A DNA stretch of 64,000 bases from an uncultured Pseudomonadales bacterium (GCA_964357975.1 CAYHNG010000002.1:4560-68559); one strand, 5' to 3'; positions 48,616-58,203 are shown, numbered from the stretch's first letter. Notes: generated by a model not told the origin, from the letters alone. Numbers and translations: made by a program.

Positions 48616-50886
48616 ATGACTGAACACAATGAAGCCACGAACGAACATGAAGAGGAGAGAATTGCGGAGAGTTTGGCTGATCCGGCCGCACAGGCAGAGG
48701 CGACAAGGATAATAGGTCAGGTGAATGTGGTGCCGGAGGCTCGTAAGAAATCTTATATAGACAAAGTATTGGATATGCCAGCAGGTGAAAAGCGTGACGC
48801 GTTGTTGGCAGGATGGCTGGATAAACACGGGGAGGAGGCCGATGAAGGCCTGCAGGGGCGGGTGTTCGCGGCCATAGGGCAGAGAGAGGCGGCTCTTCCT
48901 CCAGTGATTGACTGGTCCAGAGCAGAAGAAAGTTTTGAAAAGTTAATAAGCCCCACTTCATACGGTGGTAACCCAGAACAAAAGAAAGCTGCGGCAGATA
49001 GATGGTTGGATTTATACGGTCGACATGAAAGTGTTACAGTTGAGATGCGCGAGCAGTTGGAGAAAATAATTAATCCAGAAACCGAATTTTCGGATGATCT
49101 AAAAGAATGGATTAGAAATTATTGTCTGGAAAGTGTTTTTGAAAGAGGTGAAAGAAACTATCGAACAATATTAGGTTCACTTGTAAATATGGGTGGCGCC
49201 CTTGATGCTGAACGTAATATTCCTTTAGATAAAATTAATCTTCTGAAACCGCAAATTCAAGAGCTAGTGGAAGCTTTGGGTTTGGATAATTTTATTAGTA
49301 TTCGAGGAGTTGTAAGTGAGTGGGACGGCCTGAAGAAACTGGAGGAAATTACCTCTTCAACATTGAAATCAGCTTTGTTTGTACCAGAATATACAGAACG
49401 TTGGGTTGAGGGTGACTATGATAAGGATGACAACCGAATCGGTGATCGGATGGTCACCTTGCCGGGTGAGAATGGAGTGGCAAAAAACATGCAAGAAGAG
49501 GTAAGTAAAGGTATCTTGGCCCTTAAAAACTTTTTTGACAACAATGAATATTGGGATTTTGTGGGTGTGTCAGCAGACAAAAGGACAAAACTCTATAAAC
49601 AATTAGGATTAAATAAATATGTCGGTGAGGTGGCGTTTGCAATGGGAATGTCAAATTTAATCTTTACCGAAACTAAAGGTACAAGTTTGGATCCGTTTTT
49701 GTTTATGGTTCACGGAGATACCAAAAGGAGAAAATCCAGAGAGGTTGCTGTGGACAGAGAGGTAACAGCAATGGCTTATGTGCAATTTCAAATGGCAAAC
49801 AAAGACAAAAGCCCTAGCCCGGATGAAATTGAGGTTTGGCTTTCCCAACACTTTCCTAGCCATCTGATTCCCACTGGACTCTCGGCGGGAGGAATGGCGG
49901 CATTGGAGAATGGAAACTGGTTGAAATGGAGGGTACAAGAGAACCTTTTTTCAGCATCTCAGAGAGCGATAGATATTACTTATGAAACAAATAAAGATTA
50001 TTGGATAGCCATTGCAAATGCAGGATTTGACGTTGGTGGGGTGATTGTAAAATGGACGGCGGATGAAGTTCAGTTAGAGTACGATAGAAAGAAAAGAAGA
50101 ACAGTAATTGGAGCCAAGGGGAGATTGACAGAGGATGAGGGAAAGATGAAGGGCCAAAAAGCGATTGAGAAACAAAAAGATAAGGAGTGGAAGGCATTAG
50201 TCAATGCTGTTTCCGAGTCGCCAGAAGTGCAGATAGCAACAGATACTGAATCAAGAATAGAAGAAATGAAAACGGCTTTGGATTTACTTGTAGCTTTGAA
50301 GGAGGCCTTAAGACCAGAATCGGATATAGATAAATTGGCCGCTCTAAAGTCCAAGAGTCTTATTCACTGGAAAACATCCATGAAAGCAGCTGGACGAGTC
50401 GATGTAAAAGATATGGTAAGCGAAGAATTTTCTTTTATTCCGGGACAAAAACAGAGTGTAGATGAATGGGTGTCAACAGCAATGTTAACTTCATGCCAAT
50501 CATGGTTGCATGCACATTCGATTGCAAACTTCAAGAACCCTAAGCCACTCGATATGAAGACACTGGCGGAGAAAATGGAACAAATATTAGCTACGGATGT
50601 ACAAACTCCAGACATACAGGCTTATATTTGGACCGGAAAAGATACTGAGAAAACAGAACCTCTGTTGGCAAACAAAAGAGCGTACATTGATTACGCTACA
50701 GATCTCTGGGAGGACTGTTTCGACGTGATCGATAAAATAACGAGGAATGTCACGCCAGATAAATATCCAAAATGGTGGCGTTCTGGTGTGAGTGCAGCAT
50801 CAGGGATAGCAGATCTGGCTGCTAAATCATCCCCATTCTATCCACTGTGGAATACTATAGCGAAAAGACTAAGAAACAGAGCATAG
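48616..50886 (+). CDS. Large acidic hypothetical protein (756 aa), T4SS-linked orphan
   Basis: Long ORF with no TM helices or recognisable motif. Co-directional with 46507-48579. Confidence 0.5.
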   Translation: MTEHNEATNEHEEERIAESLADPAAQAEATRIIGQVNVVPEARKKSYIDKVLDMPAGEKRDALLAGWLDKHGEEADEGLQGRVFAAIGQREAALPPVIDWSRAEESFEKLISPTSYGGNPEQKKAAADRWLDLYGRHESVTVEMREQLEKIINPETEFSDDLKEWIRNYCLESVFERGERNYRTILGSLVNMGGALDAERNIPLDKINLLKPQIQELVEALGLDNFISIRGVVSEWDGLKKLEEITSSTLKSALFVPEYTERWVEGDYDKDDNRIGDRMVTLPGENGVAKNMQEEVSKGILALKNFFDNNEYWDFVGVSADKRTKLYKQLGLNKYVGEVAFAMGMSNLIFTETKGTSLDPFLFMVHGDTKRRKSREVAVDREVTAMAYVQFQMANKDKSPSPDEIEVWLSQHFPSHLIPTGLSAGGMAALENGNWLKWRVQENLFSASQRAIDITYETNKDYWIAIANAGFDVGGVIVKWTADEVQLEYDRKKRRTVIGAKGRLTEDEGKMKGQKAIEKQKDKEWKALVNAVSESPEVQIATDTESRIEEMKTALDLLVALKEALRPESDIDKLAALKSKSLIHWKTSMKAAGRVDVKDMVSEEFSFIPGQKQSVDEWVSTAMLTSCQSWLHAHSIANFKNPKPLDMKTLAEKMEQILATDVQTPDIQAYIWTGKDTEKTEPLLANKRAYIDYATDLWEDCFDVIDKITRNVTPDKYPKWWRSGVSAASGIADLAAKSSPFYPLWNTIAKRLRNRA

Positions 50887-50892
50887 TTGTTT

Positions 50893-52731
50893 TTAGTTGC
50901 CGGAAACTGTCTTCTGGGCTTCTGGGATATTAATATTAGTTCCACCGATTACTGGTCTGGTTGAGGCGGAAGGTCCACCATATGCCCCACCAAGACTGTT
51001 TCTTAGACTACGAGGCAAGCCGGAGTATCCTGTTTTTGCCCATGATTCGTTAACATTAACTCCTGTTTTGAGGGCTTCGCCAATGGCGGCGCCGTAGGGG
51101 AATGGAGGTGTCTTGAGGGCTTTTTCGACCATTTCGCAGTACTTGCTGGACATCATTAGTAATCCAAAACCAATGGTAGCAAGCATAAGGCTACCAACTG
51201 AACCGGTCCACGTGCCGGTTGATACGTTTCCGGGAATGGTTAATGGAGGCGTCCAGATATTACTAAGGGTGGATAGCTGATTTACTCCAAGAAGATTTTC
51301 CAGCCCGGAGGTTATCCATCCAGTAAGTGGGCCTCCTGCGGCGGCTAAAGATAGTAGTGGCTGGCACATAAGTGCATATGAAAGAGTGAGAAAGAACATA
51401 GCCACCGGAAAGACGGCGAGGTTGCCGTAGATGCTTCGTAGCCAATCTCCAAAAGAAGTGGAGCCGGGAAACAAGTTACCAAGAAGTAGAATGGGGGCAA
51501 AAATAAGATTAATAATAACTCCAAAATAGGCCTGGAAAAGCTTCATGATTAGTTTGAAATAGGAAATGGCGACGGCAATCATAATAATTATCCCTATGAC
51601 GATCCCAAACCAATTAATCAAATAAACACCAACAAGGGCGGTGATTATTCCGAGAAAACCTCCGATGATTAAGTTGAATAAAACGAAAGGAGACACCATT
51701 ATAGCAACAAGCATGTTTACAAACCACGATCCAAAAGCTCCAAGCACGCCCTGACCACTGACCGTATTGATCATATCCTCTCCGACTCCTGATCCGAAAC
51801 CGCCCGAGTTGAGGATAGCTTCGTTACCTCCAATCCTCAGAATGTTGATGGCCATTGCGCCAGCGATTGTAGAGATATCTACCAAAAAGCCAACGATAGC
51901 ATAGGAGAAAGTAATCATGAGGAGGGTGGCGATGAGCTTGGGAATAGCGAGCTGAATGGTGGCGGCGGTTTTGGAGTCTATCTTGATTCGAAACATAATC
52001 ATTATCCCATAAAGAACGAAACCGATAGCAAAAAGCATGTAAGCAATGTTTCTAAAGGCACGCCAGAGAGGAAGAATCGGGGCGAGAGCGGAGAAACCAT
52101 AACCGGGTCCGGCCGCATAGGTATCGCTGATAATGTGGTGTTTTTGAAGATTAGAGGAAATATAAGTTAAGTAATCATATGTACCGGCAGGCCTAGAAGA
52201 TATAAGGCCGGTGGCGAATTTTCCCAACTTGCCGATTAGACCTCCCGGTGCTGTGGGGCTGTAAGCAAGGTCGCTGATTTTTGTATTAATGGTGACGGGT
52301 TTACTTTTTAGTTGCTCGAACATTTTTAATGAGTTCTTTATGGAATCTAGGAAATTATCATGTGGATTGGTAAACATCAAAGTACTCCACCATTCCATGC
52401 CTTGAAGGATGACAATATCAACAAAACCAACTCCATCACCACTCAGCGAATCGACACCGGGAGCACATTTGCCGGAGTACCAAGTTTCCAGATTCATAAG
52501 GTCTCCGGAACGTTTATCGCAGAATTCTTTGACGTAATCCTGTATGCCTTTTGATCCAGGTATACCAAAAAGATTCGGAGTCGCAGCCGCCGCGTTTGTG
52601 TAGGGAACTATGATAGCGGAAATAGTTATGAATACGGATAGAAATATGAGGCTGAGAGATTTTTGAAGAAGGGACATAGCTAGAAAAATTATACAGGAAA
52701 ATGACACACCTGGGTGGAGTGAGATTGCCAC
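50893..52731 (-). CDS. VirB6/TrbL-like polytopic membrane protein with N-terminal extracytoplasmic domain
   Basis: Signal peptide, roughly 200-aa soluble domain, then at least 7 TM helices rich in Gly/Ile. The location fits a T4SS channel subunit. Confidence 0.45.
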   Translation of the reverse strand: MAISLHPGVSFSCIIFLAMSLLQKSLSLIFLSVFITISAIIVPYTNAAAATPNLFGIPGSKGIQDYVKEFCDKRSGDLMNLETWYSGKCAPGVDSLSGDGVGFVDIVILQGMEWWSTLMFTNPHDNFLDSIKNSLKMFEQLKSKPVTINTKISDLAYSPTAPGGLIGKLGKFATGLISSRPAGTYDYLTYISSNLQKHHIISDTYAAGPGYGFSALAPILPLWRAFRNIAYMLFAIGFVLYGIMIMFRIKIDSKTAATIQLAIPKLIATLLMITFSYAIVGFLVDISTIAGAMAINILRIGGNEAILNSGGFGSGVGEDMINTVSGQGVLGAFGSWFVNMLVAIMVSPFVLFNLIIGGFLGIITALVGVYLINWFGIVIGIIIMIAVAISYFKLIMKLFQAYFGVIINLIFAPILLLGNLFPGSTSFGDWLRSIYGNLAVFPVAMFFLTLSYALMCQPLLSLAAAGGPLTGWITSGLENLLGVNQLSTLSNIWTPPLTIPGNVSTGTWTGSVGSLMLATIGFGLLMMSSKYCEMVEKALKTPPFPYGAAIGEALKTGVNVNESWAKTGYSGLPRSLRNSLGGAYGGPSASTRPVIGGTNINIPEAQKTVSGN

Positions 52732-52797
52732 GTCGACTTGCTCCCCCGCCTGCAGCGCTTGATGCGCAGCATCTGCGGGCAGGTCGCAATGACGAGG
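52724..52797. repeat. Family-A long variant, copy A9 (intergenic)
   Basis: GTGGAGTGAGATTGCCACGTCGACTTGCTCCCCCGCCTGCAGCGCTTGATGCGCAGCATCTGCGGGCAGGTCGCAATGACGAGG. Confidence 0.7.
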
Positions 52798-52799
52798 TG

Positions 52800-53072
52800 T
52801 TATTTGCGGTAGATTTCGTCGTGAGTGCCGATATCGAAGAAATATGCTGAACCGTCAGGAAGTATCTTGTATAACATTCTGATGCTTAAATTTGCCGAAA
52901 CACTGTGAGTGTTTGTTAAATGACCTGATAGTTTGTGACCCCGTAAGGACGGATGTTTAGGATTGACGCTGAATATTTGGAGTTGCTTGAGAACTTTATT
53001 GGATAATTTGGAATCATTTCTTTTGATCCTTTTTAACCCAGCTTTGAACTTGGGAGAGAAGGAAATTTCCAT
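52800..53072 (-). CDS. RelE/ParE-superfamily type II toxin
   Basis: 90 aa with a RelE-like ...RGHKLSG...YFFDIGTHDEIYRK C-terminus. Start overlaps the antitoxin stop (ATGA). Confidence 0.6.
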   Translation of the reverse strand: MEISFSPKFKAGLKRIKRNDSKLSNKVLKQLQIFSVNPKHPSLRGHKLSGHLTNTHSVSANLSIRMLYKILPDGSAYFFDIGTHDEIYRK

Positions 53073-53326
53073 TATAATTTTGCAAAATATTCCTCGAGAT
53101 TGTCGACCCTCTCTGCCTTGTCGATCTCTAACATGGCCTGTTTGTAAGATTCTTCGGTTCTCTCGGATGCCCTGAAGGTGGGGTAGGAATCCGCCTGAGC
53201 TTTCTCAATAATCATATGCTTAACTACTTGAGTGACAGGAATGCCCAATTGACTGGATTGACCCAAGAGAAACTCGTAAAGCTGGCTAGTAAGACTTATT
53301 TTGACCTGTATTTGACCTTTAATCAT
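53072..53326 (-). CDS. RelB/DinJ-like antitoxin
   Basis: 84 aa, resembling DinJ (IKGQIQVKISLTSQLYEF...), upstream of and overlapping the toxin gene. Confidence 0.5.
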   Translation of the reverse strand: MIKGQIQVKISLTSQLYEFLLGQSSQLGIPVTQVVKHMIIEKAQADSYPTFRASERTEESYKQAMLEIDKAERVDNLEEYFAKL

Positions 53327-53332
53327 ACCTGA

Positions 53333-53361
53333 ATGATACCATATCTGGCTTTATTTGTCAA
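53333..53361 (-). promoter_or_regulatory. Promoter of the toxin-antitoxin operon (TTGACA-17-TATCAT), probably leaderless, with direct-repeat operator GGTATCATT/GGTATGATT
   Basis: Minus-strand sequence caaTTGACAaataaagccagatatggTATCATtcaggt, followed by ATG at 53326. Confidence 0.4.
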
Positions 53362-53375
53362 TTGGAAAGAAAGGC

Positions 53376-56300
53376 TTACTGTCCGCAGGAAAAGGTGTGA
53401 TACGGGTCGAGGACGTCTTCTTTGTAAGTATCCAAGGGGGGATATATCCCATTTTTCCCTGTTTCCGGACAATAACCGGCGTAGCTAATGTGACTTTGAA
53501 GAACTGTAGCGTCGGTCCATGCGCTACAAGAACCGGGAATGGAAGTATTGGTCATAGGGAGTTCAAAACAAGTATCGCTGGTAACTGTGGGTGGTAAATA
53601 GGCAGCCCCTCGTGAAAGTGCTTTTGCCGTGGCAGCGGCGGCATCAAGTAAGTTGCATGGAGAGATATTTTCCTTTGTTCTGGTTGGATCGATTTTTTGA
53701 ACGGCGGTCCAATTTGCAATCTCACCTTCTCCTTCCCAAAAGTAATAAGGTCTCCAACCAAATCCGGCTATGGATATATTACATGATCCAGAACTACTGC
53801 AGGCTTCGGCACTATACATAGCCGGGTCACACATTTGTCCGTCTGCAATAGGCATGGCTCCACCGCAGATGGCCCACTCTTTTGCGTTGGCATCGGTCCA
53901 TGTAAGGAATGAACGATTAAAGGCCCCTTCGTGAAGCATGACTGCTAAAACACTAGATGGAGGAACGCTAAAGGTACTTCCTACAGTTTCCAAAATATCT
54001 TGTAAAGTCTTGGGAATTTTTTCAGGAACCTGGCTTTCGTGAACGTAACGAGTGAACTGGGTAATTTTGTCGGTATTACACAACTTGCAGGAACCTCCTT
54101 TGAGAAACGAAAGATCCGTACTACAGACCACTGGCGGAGTGGGAGTAGGGAGGAGGTAACAGCGGGGGGAGTTTTGGAGTTCTTTGGGGACGGTCCAACA
54201 ATTTTGCAGGAGATGCATAGAGTCTTGGGCGAGGTTATTTACTCGATTAATGGGTTCGGCTGGATTGAGGATGTCGGAGTTGCCATTGGGTCCGGTGGAG
54301 GTGGCACCTGCGTCGACACCATCCACACGGTAGGAGACGAAGTGTCTGGCGATGGGAGCGTCGATACTGGCATTGACGGTTTTGTCCACGCCATCCGGGA
54401 GGATCATCTTGTAAAAGGAGTATTGATCGTTGTTGGCAACTGTTTCCTTTATGTCGGTATGTTTGGGATTGTTAAGAACATTTAAGGTTTTACCGTGTGA
54501 AATTCCTTCTACAGTCCATCTCATCCGACAACACTGTCCTGATTTTTGATCTTTATATCTACCCTCCCACTCATTGATGGGACAGACGCCGTACTCGATC
54601 CAACAGTGACCATTATCGTCACATTTTTCTTTTTCGGTTGGTGGATGACATTGGGGGTCGTAGTTCCAGGAAAGTTTGTCGCCCCGAATTGAAAGCACTT
54701 GGTGATGGTCGTCGGCCGGCCTTTGATTTGGATCTCCGCGATCGCCAGCAGCGGTTTTTGGTGCAATTAGATGATAACTGACAGGGAGGGGACAGGTGAT
54801 ATTGGCATAGCCGTCTTTTACTTTTTCATTTAAGTTGTCGATTTCATTTTCGGTATAGCCAACCTTCTTCAATTCGTCGTTGGTAAAGAGATCGGTGACT
54901 TTGTTCCATAGCCAGCCAAAGGGGTTGGTGACGATGGCAATAGTCTCTTCTTTCACTCGTTCCAAAAAGCCTTTCTGGGCAAGTTTTACTTCAGGCAGAG
55001 ACAAAAGAGTGTTTCCGATTCTGTAGTCCGAGATACCACTTGGGCTAGCATATTTATCAACGATCCATTGTGGTTGAAGAGCGGGGAACATGCCAAACTT
55101 GGGTGAAAGTAGCCCTTGGTAGATAGCCCCAACGTAGGGAACACTTTCTCTGGAAACGTTGGTAAGACCAGGTTTATTTGTACCATAACGACCCGCATTG
55201 TCCTCGTCAACCAGATATGGTGCCCAAGGATAATCCCCGTAATACGACTCTTCTTTTTCGTCTTTCTTTTTGACGATGTAACTTCTAGTGCCGTTGAAGT
55301 CTAATGGTACGAAAGCGGCGTATGGACCGTCGAGATCATTGCCAAAGGCACTGATGGCGGCCTCGTAAGCCAAGATTGCAGTGTCGGCAAGAAACCCCAA
55401 GTCCAAATCAAGAGCCAGCTCTCGGAGTTCCTGAAACATGGGCTTCAGAGATTCGGTGGCCTGGGCGTATTCGGGACAGACGGGATAGTCGACAAGACAG
55501 CCAACACGGATAAATGGCCAATGCCAAAAGAGAATTACTTGTTTACTTAGGGCATTGTAGAGTTTTTTAAAGTCGGTTTTCTTCTTGAGACCATTTCGAT
55601 CGACAAAATCGAAGTTAATGTTGTCGATTTGATCTTTGTTGGCCATGTTTAGGACAAATGATCGAAGATTGGCTTGGTTGGAGGCCGGGAGTAGCCGCCA
55701 GTAGGTCCGATAGGCCTCGCGAGTAGGATGACCATCGTTACCGGCATTGTTTTGTGGATCGTAGCTGTCTGAAAGATCCATGGGGCGACCAAAAAGTGAA
55801 GTATAGAGATAATTTTGAGCAATAAAATCAGCTGAGTAACTAGCTTCGGTGTCTGGGCTGGGACCGTAACTGCCGGTTTCGGCTTCGCGGACGTCGGTGT
55901 AGACGAGCATGGCGATGAGACATTCAGGATCTGTTCCTCCTGGTGCAGGTGTTCCGTCCGGCGCTGCCCCACCAACACCGCATTTAGTAAATGGCTGGTC
56001 TATACTTGGAGATAAAGAGTTCTTATATCTCTTGGCAGTGTAATGGGCAATAGGTTCGTAAATACAAGTTCGCTCATACTGCATAATATCTACTTGAGTA
56101 TTTTGAAAGTGATTCCAACAGCTACTGTTTGGTGGAAAAATACCGTTTTGAGACCCCAACTGTTTCCAGCAGTCTTCTGGAACATCTGGGTTGTCTCCGA
56201 TAGGAGTAATGGGGTCGTCAATGATGGATTGAGGTACGCAGTGGAGATCGAGATCCATGGGATACTTGATGCAAACTTCTCCCGCAAGACACATGGTGTT

Positions 56301-56465
56301 GCCACAGGTGACACCAACCGGCGGGCCGGGATTTGGTTCCGATGGAGATGAGGATGGTGAGGGTGATGGTGTAGGTGGTGGTGGAGGGGGGGCGGCTAGA
56401 ATGACCTTATCCAGAAAGAAATATAGAAAAATAAATATTGAGACAATAAAAACAAATTTCTTCAC
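53376..56465 (-). CDS. Large secreted Cys-rich protein (about 1030 aa): poly-Pro linker, Cys-rich domains, C-terminal lysozyme/SLT-like segment (tentative)
   Basis: Start preferred at the GTG at 56465, giving MKKFVFIVSIFIFLYFFLDKVILAA signal peptide then PPPPPPTPSPSPSSSP. The track TTG start at 56561 would overlap pilin gene 1 by 64 nt. C-terminal VLAVMLHEGAFNRSF...GGAMPIADGQ has a weak SLT-like look. Confidence 0.45.
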   Translation of the reverse strand: MKKFVFIVSIFIFLYFFLDKVILAAPPPPPPTPSPSPSSSPSEPNPGPPVGVTCGNTMCLAGEVCIKYPMDLDLHCVPQSIIDDPITPIGDNPDVPEDCWKQLGSQNGIFPPNSSCWNHFQNTQVDIMQYERTCIYEPIAHYTAKRYKNSLSPSIDQPFTKCGVGGAAPDGTPAPGGTDPECLIAMLVYTDVREAETGSYGPSPDTEASYSADFIAQNYLYTSLFGRPMDLSDSYDPQNNAGNDGHPTREAYRTYWRLLPASNQANLRSFVLNMANKDQIDNINFDFVDRNGLKKKTDFKKLYNALSKQVILFWHWPFIRVGCLVDYPVCPEYAQATESLKPMFQELRELALDLDLGFLADTAILAYEAAISAFGNDLDGPYAAFVPLDFNGTRSYIVKKKDEKEESYYGDYPWAPYLVDEDNAGRYGTNKPGLTNVSRESVPYVGAIYQGLLSPKFGMFPALQPQWIVDKYASPSGISDYRIGNTLLSLPEVKLAQKGFLERVKEETIAIVTNPFGWLWNKVTDLFTNDELKKVGYTENEIDNLNEKVKDGYANITCPLPVSYHLIAPKTAAGDRGDPNQRPADDHHQVLSIRGDKLSWNYDPQCHPPTEKEKCDDNGHCWIEYGVCPINEWEGRYKDQKSGQCCRMRWTVEGISHGKTLNVLNNPKHTDIKETVANNDQYSFYKMILPDGVDKTVNASIDAPIARHFVSYRVDGVDAGATSTGPNGNSDILNPAEPINRVNNLAQDSMHLLQNCWTVPKELQNSPRCYLLPTPTPPVVCSTDLSFLKGGSCKLCNTDKITQFTRYVHESQVPEKIPKTLQDILETVGSTFSVPPSSVLAVMLHEGAFNRSFLTWTDANAKEWAICGGAMPIADGQMCDPAMYSAEACSSSGSCNISIAGFGWRPYYFWEGEGEIANWTAVQKIDPTRTKENISPCNLLDAAAATAKALSRGAAYLPPTVTSDTCFELPMTNTSIPGSCSAWTDATVLQSHISYAGYCPETGKNGIYPPLDTYKEDVLDPYHTFSCGQ

Positions 56466-56497
56466 TGAAACTATTATACTTTGTATCGGGTGAGAGT

Positions 56498-56854
56498 TTA
56501 GGTGCCAAATTGGGTAACCTTGGCACCGGTAAAGTTCTCGATGAGAACTAAGGCCAGCCAAACCACCGCGAGGAGAATCAAGCCAATAACGGCCCAGGTA
56601 AACATGGAATAGGCACTGGCGACTGCTTTGGGTTCGGCGCCGGCGGAGATCAAACGAATTCCGGCCATAATGATTATTCCGACAGCAACGAGAGCCAATA
56701 GGGCAGGGATGGGTTGAAGAATGTTTTTAAAGAGACAGGTGATACCTTGTATCGAAGCGACATCGGTAGCATCGACTCCAGCAACATTTTGACCAACACA
56801 TTCTCCAGTCCAATTACTGGCGGCATAGACTTGGGAGACGAGTTGGAAGGACAT
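56498..56854 (-). CDS. VirB2/TrbC-like pilin paralog 1 (divergent, 2 Cys)
   Basis: Leader MSFQLVSQVYAA|S, two hydrophobic helices, loop ISAGAEPKAV. Confidence 0.5.
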   Translation of the reverse strand: MSFQLVSQVYAASNWTGECVGQNVAGVDATDVASIQGITCLFKNILQPIPALLALVAVGIIIMAGIRLISAGAEPKAVASAYSMFTWAVIGLILLAVVWLALVLIENFTGAKVTQFGT

Positions 56855-56903
56855 AAATATATTTTACATTGAATATTTCGGATTGTATATTTTTTTCTTG
56901 GAT

Positions 56904-56997
56904 GGTTCGAAGTGCGCAAAATATCGTACTCGACCTCCGTCCCTCGAGTACGAGTGCGGATCCGCTCCGTGCGAAATTTTGCTTGCCCTTCTGCACC
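56904..56997. repeat. Family-C direct repeat, copy C1 (about 95 bp, nested palindromes)
   Basis: GGTTCGAAGTGCGCAAAATATCGTACTCGACCTCCGTCCCTCGAGTACGAGTGCGGATCCGCTCCGTGCGAAATTTTGCTTGCCCTTCTGCACC, about 93% identical to C2. Contains GTACTCGA...TCGAGTAC and GCAAAAT...ATTTTGC stems. Confidence 0.75.
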
Positions 56998-57027
56998 ATT
57001 TGGTAGTCATAACAAAAACCGCCTGAC

Positions 57028-57086
57028 GGTGGAGTTTTTGTATGAGATTGCTTCAGCTCGAATACGAGATTCGCAATGACGAAGTG
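57028..57086. repeat. Family-A-like repeat, copy A10, with adjacent weak terminator hairpin (3' of pilin gene 2)
   Basis: CCGCCTGACGGTGGAGTTTTTG then GAGATTGCTTCAGCTCGAATACGAGATTCGCAATGACGAAGTG. Confidence 0.5.
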
Positions 57087-57087
57087 C

Positions 57088-57429
57088 TTAGTAAGGTTTG
57101 GGGATGTTGATATTTCCCTCGAAGACGTCGACACCGAAGAAGTAGGCGATGAGTTTCATGAGAGCCCAAGAGGCAGCGACGATAGCGAGACCAACGACGG
57201 CGGCGGTGATACGATTTCTGGCTTGTTCTGTTTTACCTTTATCTCCACCGGAGGTAAGCCATTCAATACCTCCCATGACTAGAAAGGCAAAGGTAAGAAT
57301 ACCGGCTACGATGAAGGCGAGAGAAATGACTCTACTAATAAGAACACCAATGTCGGTGATCTTCATTCCGGTTGGTTGGGGAACTCCAATGGTTCCGGCG
57401 GCGGCATAAGCTTGAGAAATTAGGGACAT
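57088..57429 (-). CDS. VirB2/TrbC-like pilin paralog 2
   Basis: Leader MSLISQAYAAA|G, TM1, loop LTSGGDKGKTEQ, TM2. Confidence 0.55.
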   Translation of the reverse strand: MSLISQAYAAAGTIGVPQPTGMKITDIGVLISRVISLAFIVAGILTFAFLVMGGIEWLTSGGDKGKTEQARNRITAAVVGLAIVAASWALMKLIAYFFGVDVFEGNINIPKPY

Positions 57430-57496
57430 ATTTTTTGGTTTTTTAATAATTATTTATTCTATTACTAATTTAGTATTATACCCGTTATTGAGTTTG

Positions 57497-57856
57497 TCAA
57501 TTGCCGAGAGGATTTTCGGTACACAGAGCATCCAAATTAATTCCGAAAAACTCAAGCACAATCATATAGACCGCATAACTGGAGGCAACGATGGTGAGGC
57601 CAATAAGGGCGGCCGATATCATCTTTTGGGAGGATTCGATCTTACTTTTGTCTCCACCGGAAGTGAGCCACTGGACTCCACCCATGACGAGGTAGACGAA
57701 GAAGGCGACTCCAGAAATAATGAAGGCAGCACTGACTAGATTACTGACGAGATGGCCGATACAGGTATAACCAAAGAAATTATTTTTAGTGGCCATTTCT
57801 CCGATGGGAAGAGTAATATCAGCAGCCAATACCTTAGGAATTATTTTTGGGATCAT
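57497..57856 (-). CDS. VirB2/TrbC-like pilin paralog 3
   Basis: Leader MIPKIIPKVLAA|D, loop LTSGGDKSKIE, 2 Cys. Confidence 0.55.
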   Translation of the reverse strand: MIPKIIPKVLAADITLPIGEMATKNNFFGYTCIGHLVSNLVSAAFIISGVAFFVYLVMGGVQWLTSGGDKSKIESSQKMISAALIGLTIVASSYAVYMIVLEFFGINLDALCTENPLGN

Positions 57857-58203
57857 AAGGCGCTTGGAAATACCGGTTTAAGAATATTAATTTTGAAGAC
57901 TTGTTGGATAAAGTAGGTGACCGCATAAGAGCCGACCAGTATTCCAATGCCGATGACAGAGCTGGTGATTTTTTTTTGAGCATCATCAATTTTGGCCTTG
58001 TCACCTCCGGAGGTAAGATATTCTATACCTCCCCAGACAAGATAAATAATGAAGGCGACTCCTCCAACGGTGATGACTGTCTGCCAAAGAGTGGCAATAT
58101 AAAAGGCAAGACCGCCTCCTGGGTCCTGAGGTATTTTGGGCGACAGTGCCTTATTGACAATTTCGTTGGCGGCAAAAGCAGTAGGTATTATTTGAAAGGC
58201 CAT
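57853..58203 (-). CDS. VirB2/TrbC-like pilin paralog 4
   Basis: Leader MAFQIIPTAFAA|N, loop LTSGGDKAKID. ATGA overlap with paralog 3. Confidence 0.55.
   Translation of the reverse strand: MAFQIIPTAFAANEIVNKALSPKIPQDPGGGLAFYIATLWQTVITVGGVAFIIYLVWGGIEYLTSGGDKAKIDDAQKKITSSVIGIGILVGSYAVTYFIQQVFKINILKPVFPSAL

Noticed and set aside
53376-56561. Track start (TTG at 56561) for the 1061-aa protein
   Set aside because: It overlaps pilin gene 1 by 64 nt and gives a non-signal N-terminus. The GTG at 56465 gives a canonical signal peptide (MKKFVF...), so the CDS was shortened to 53376-56465.
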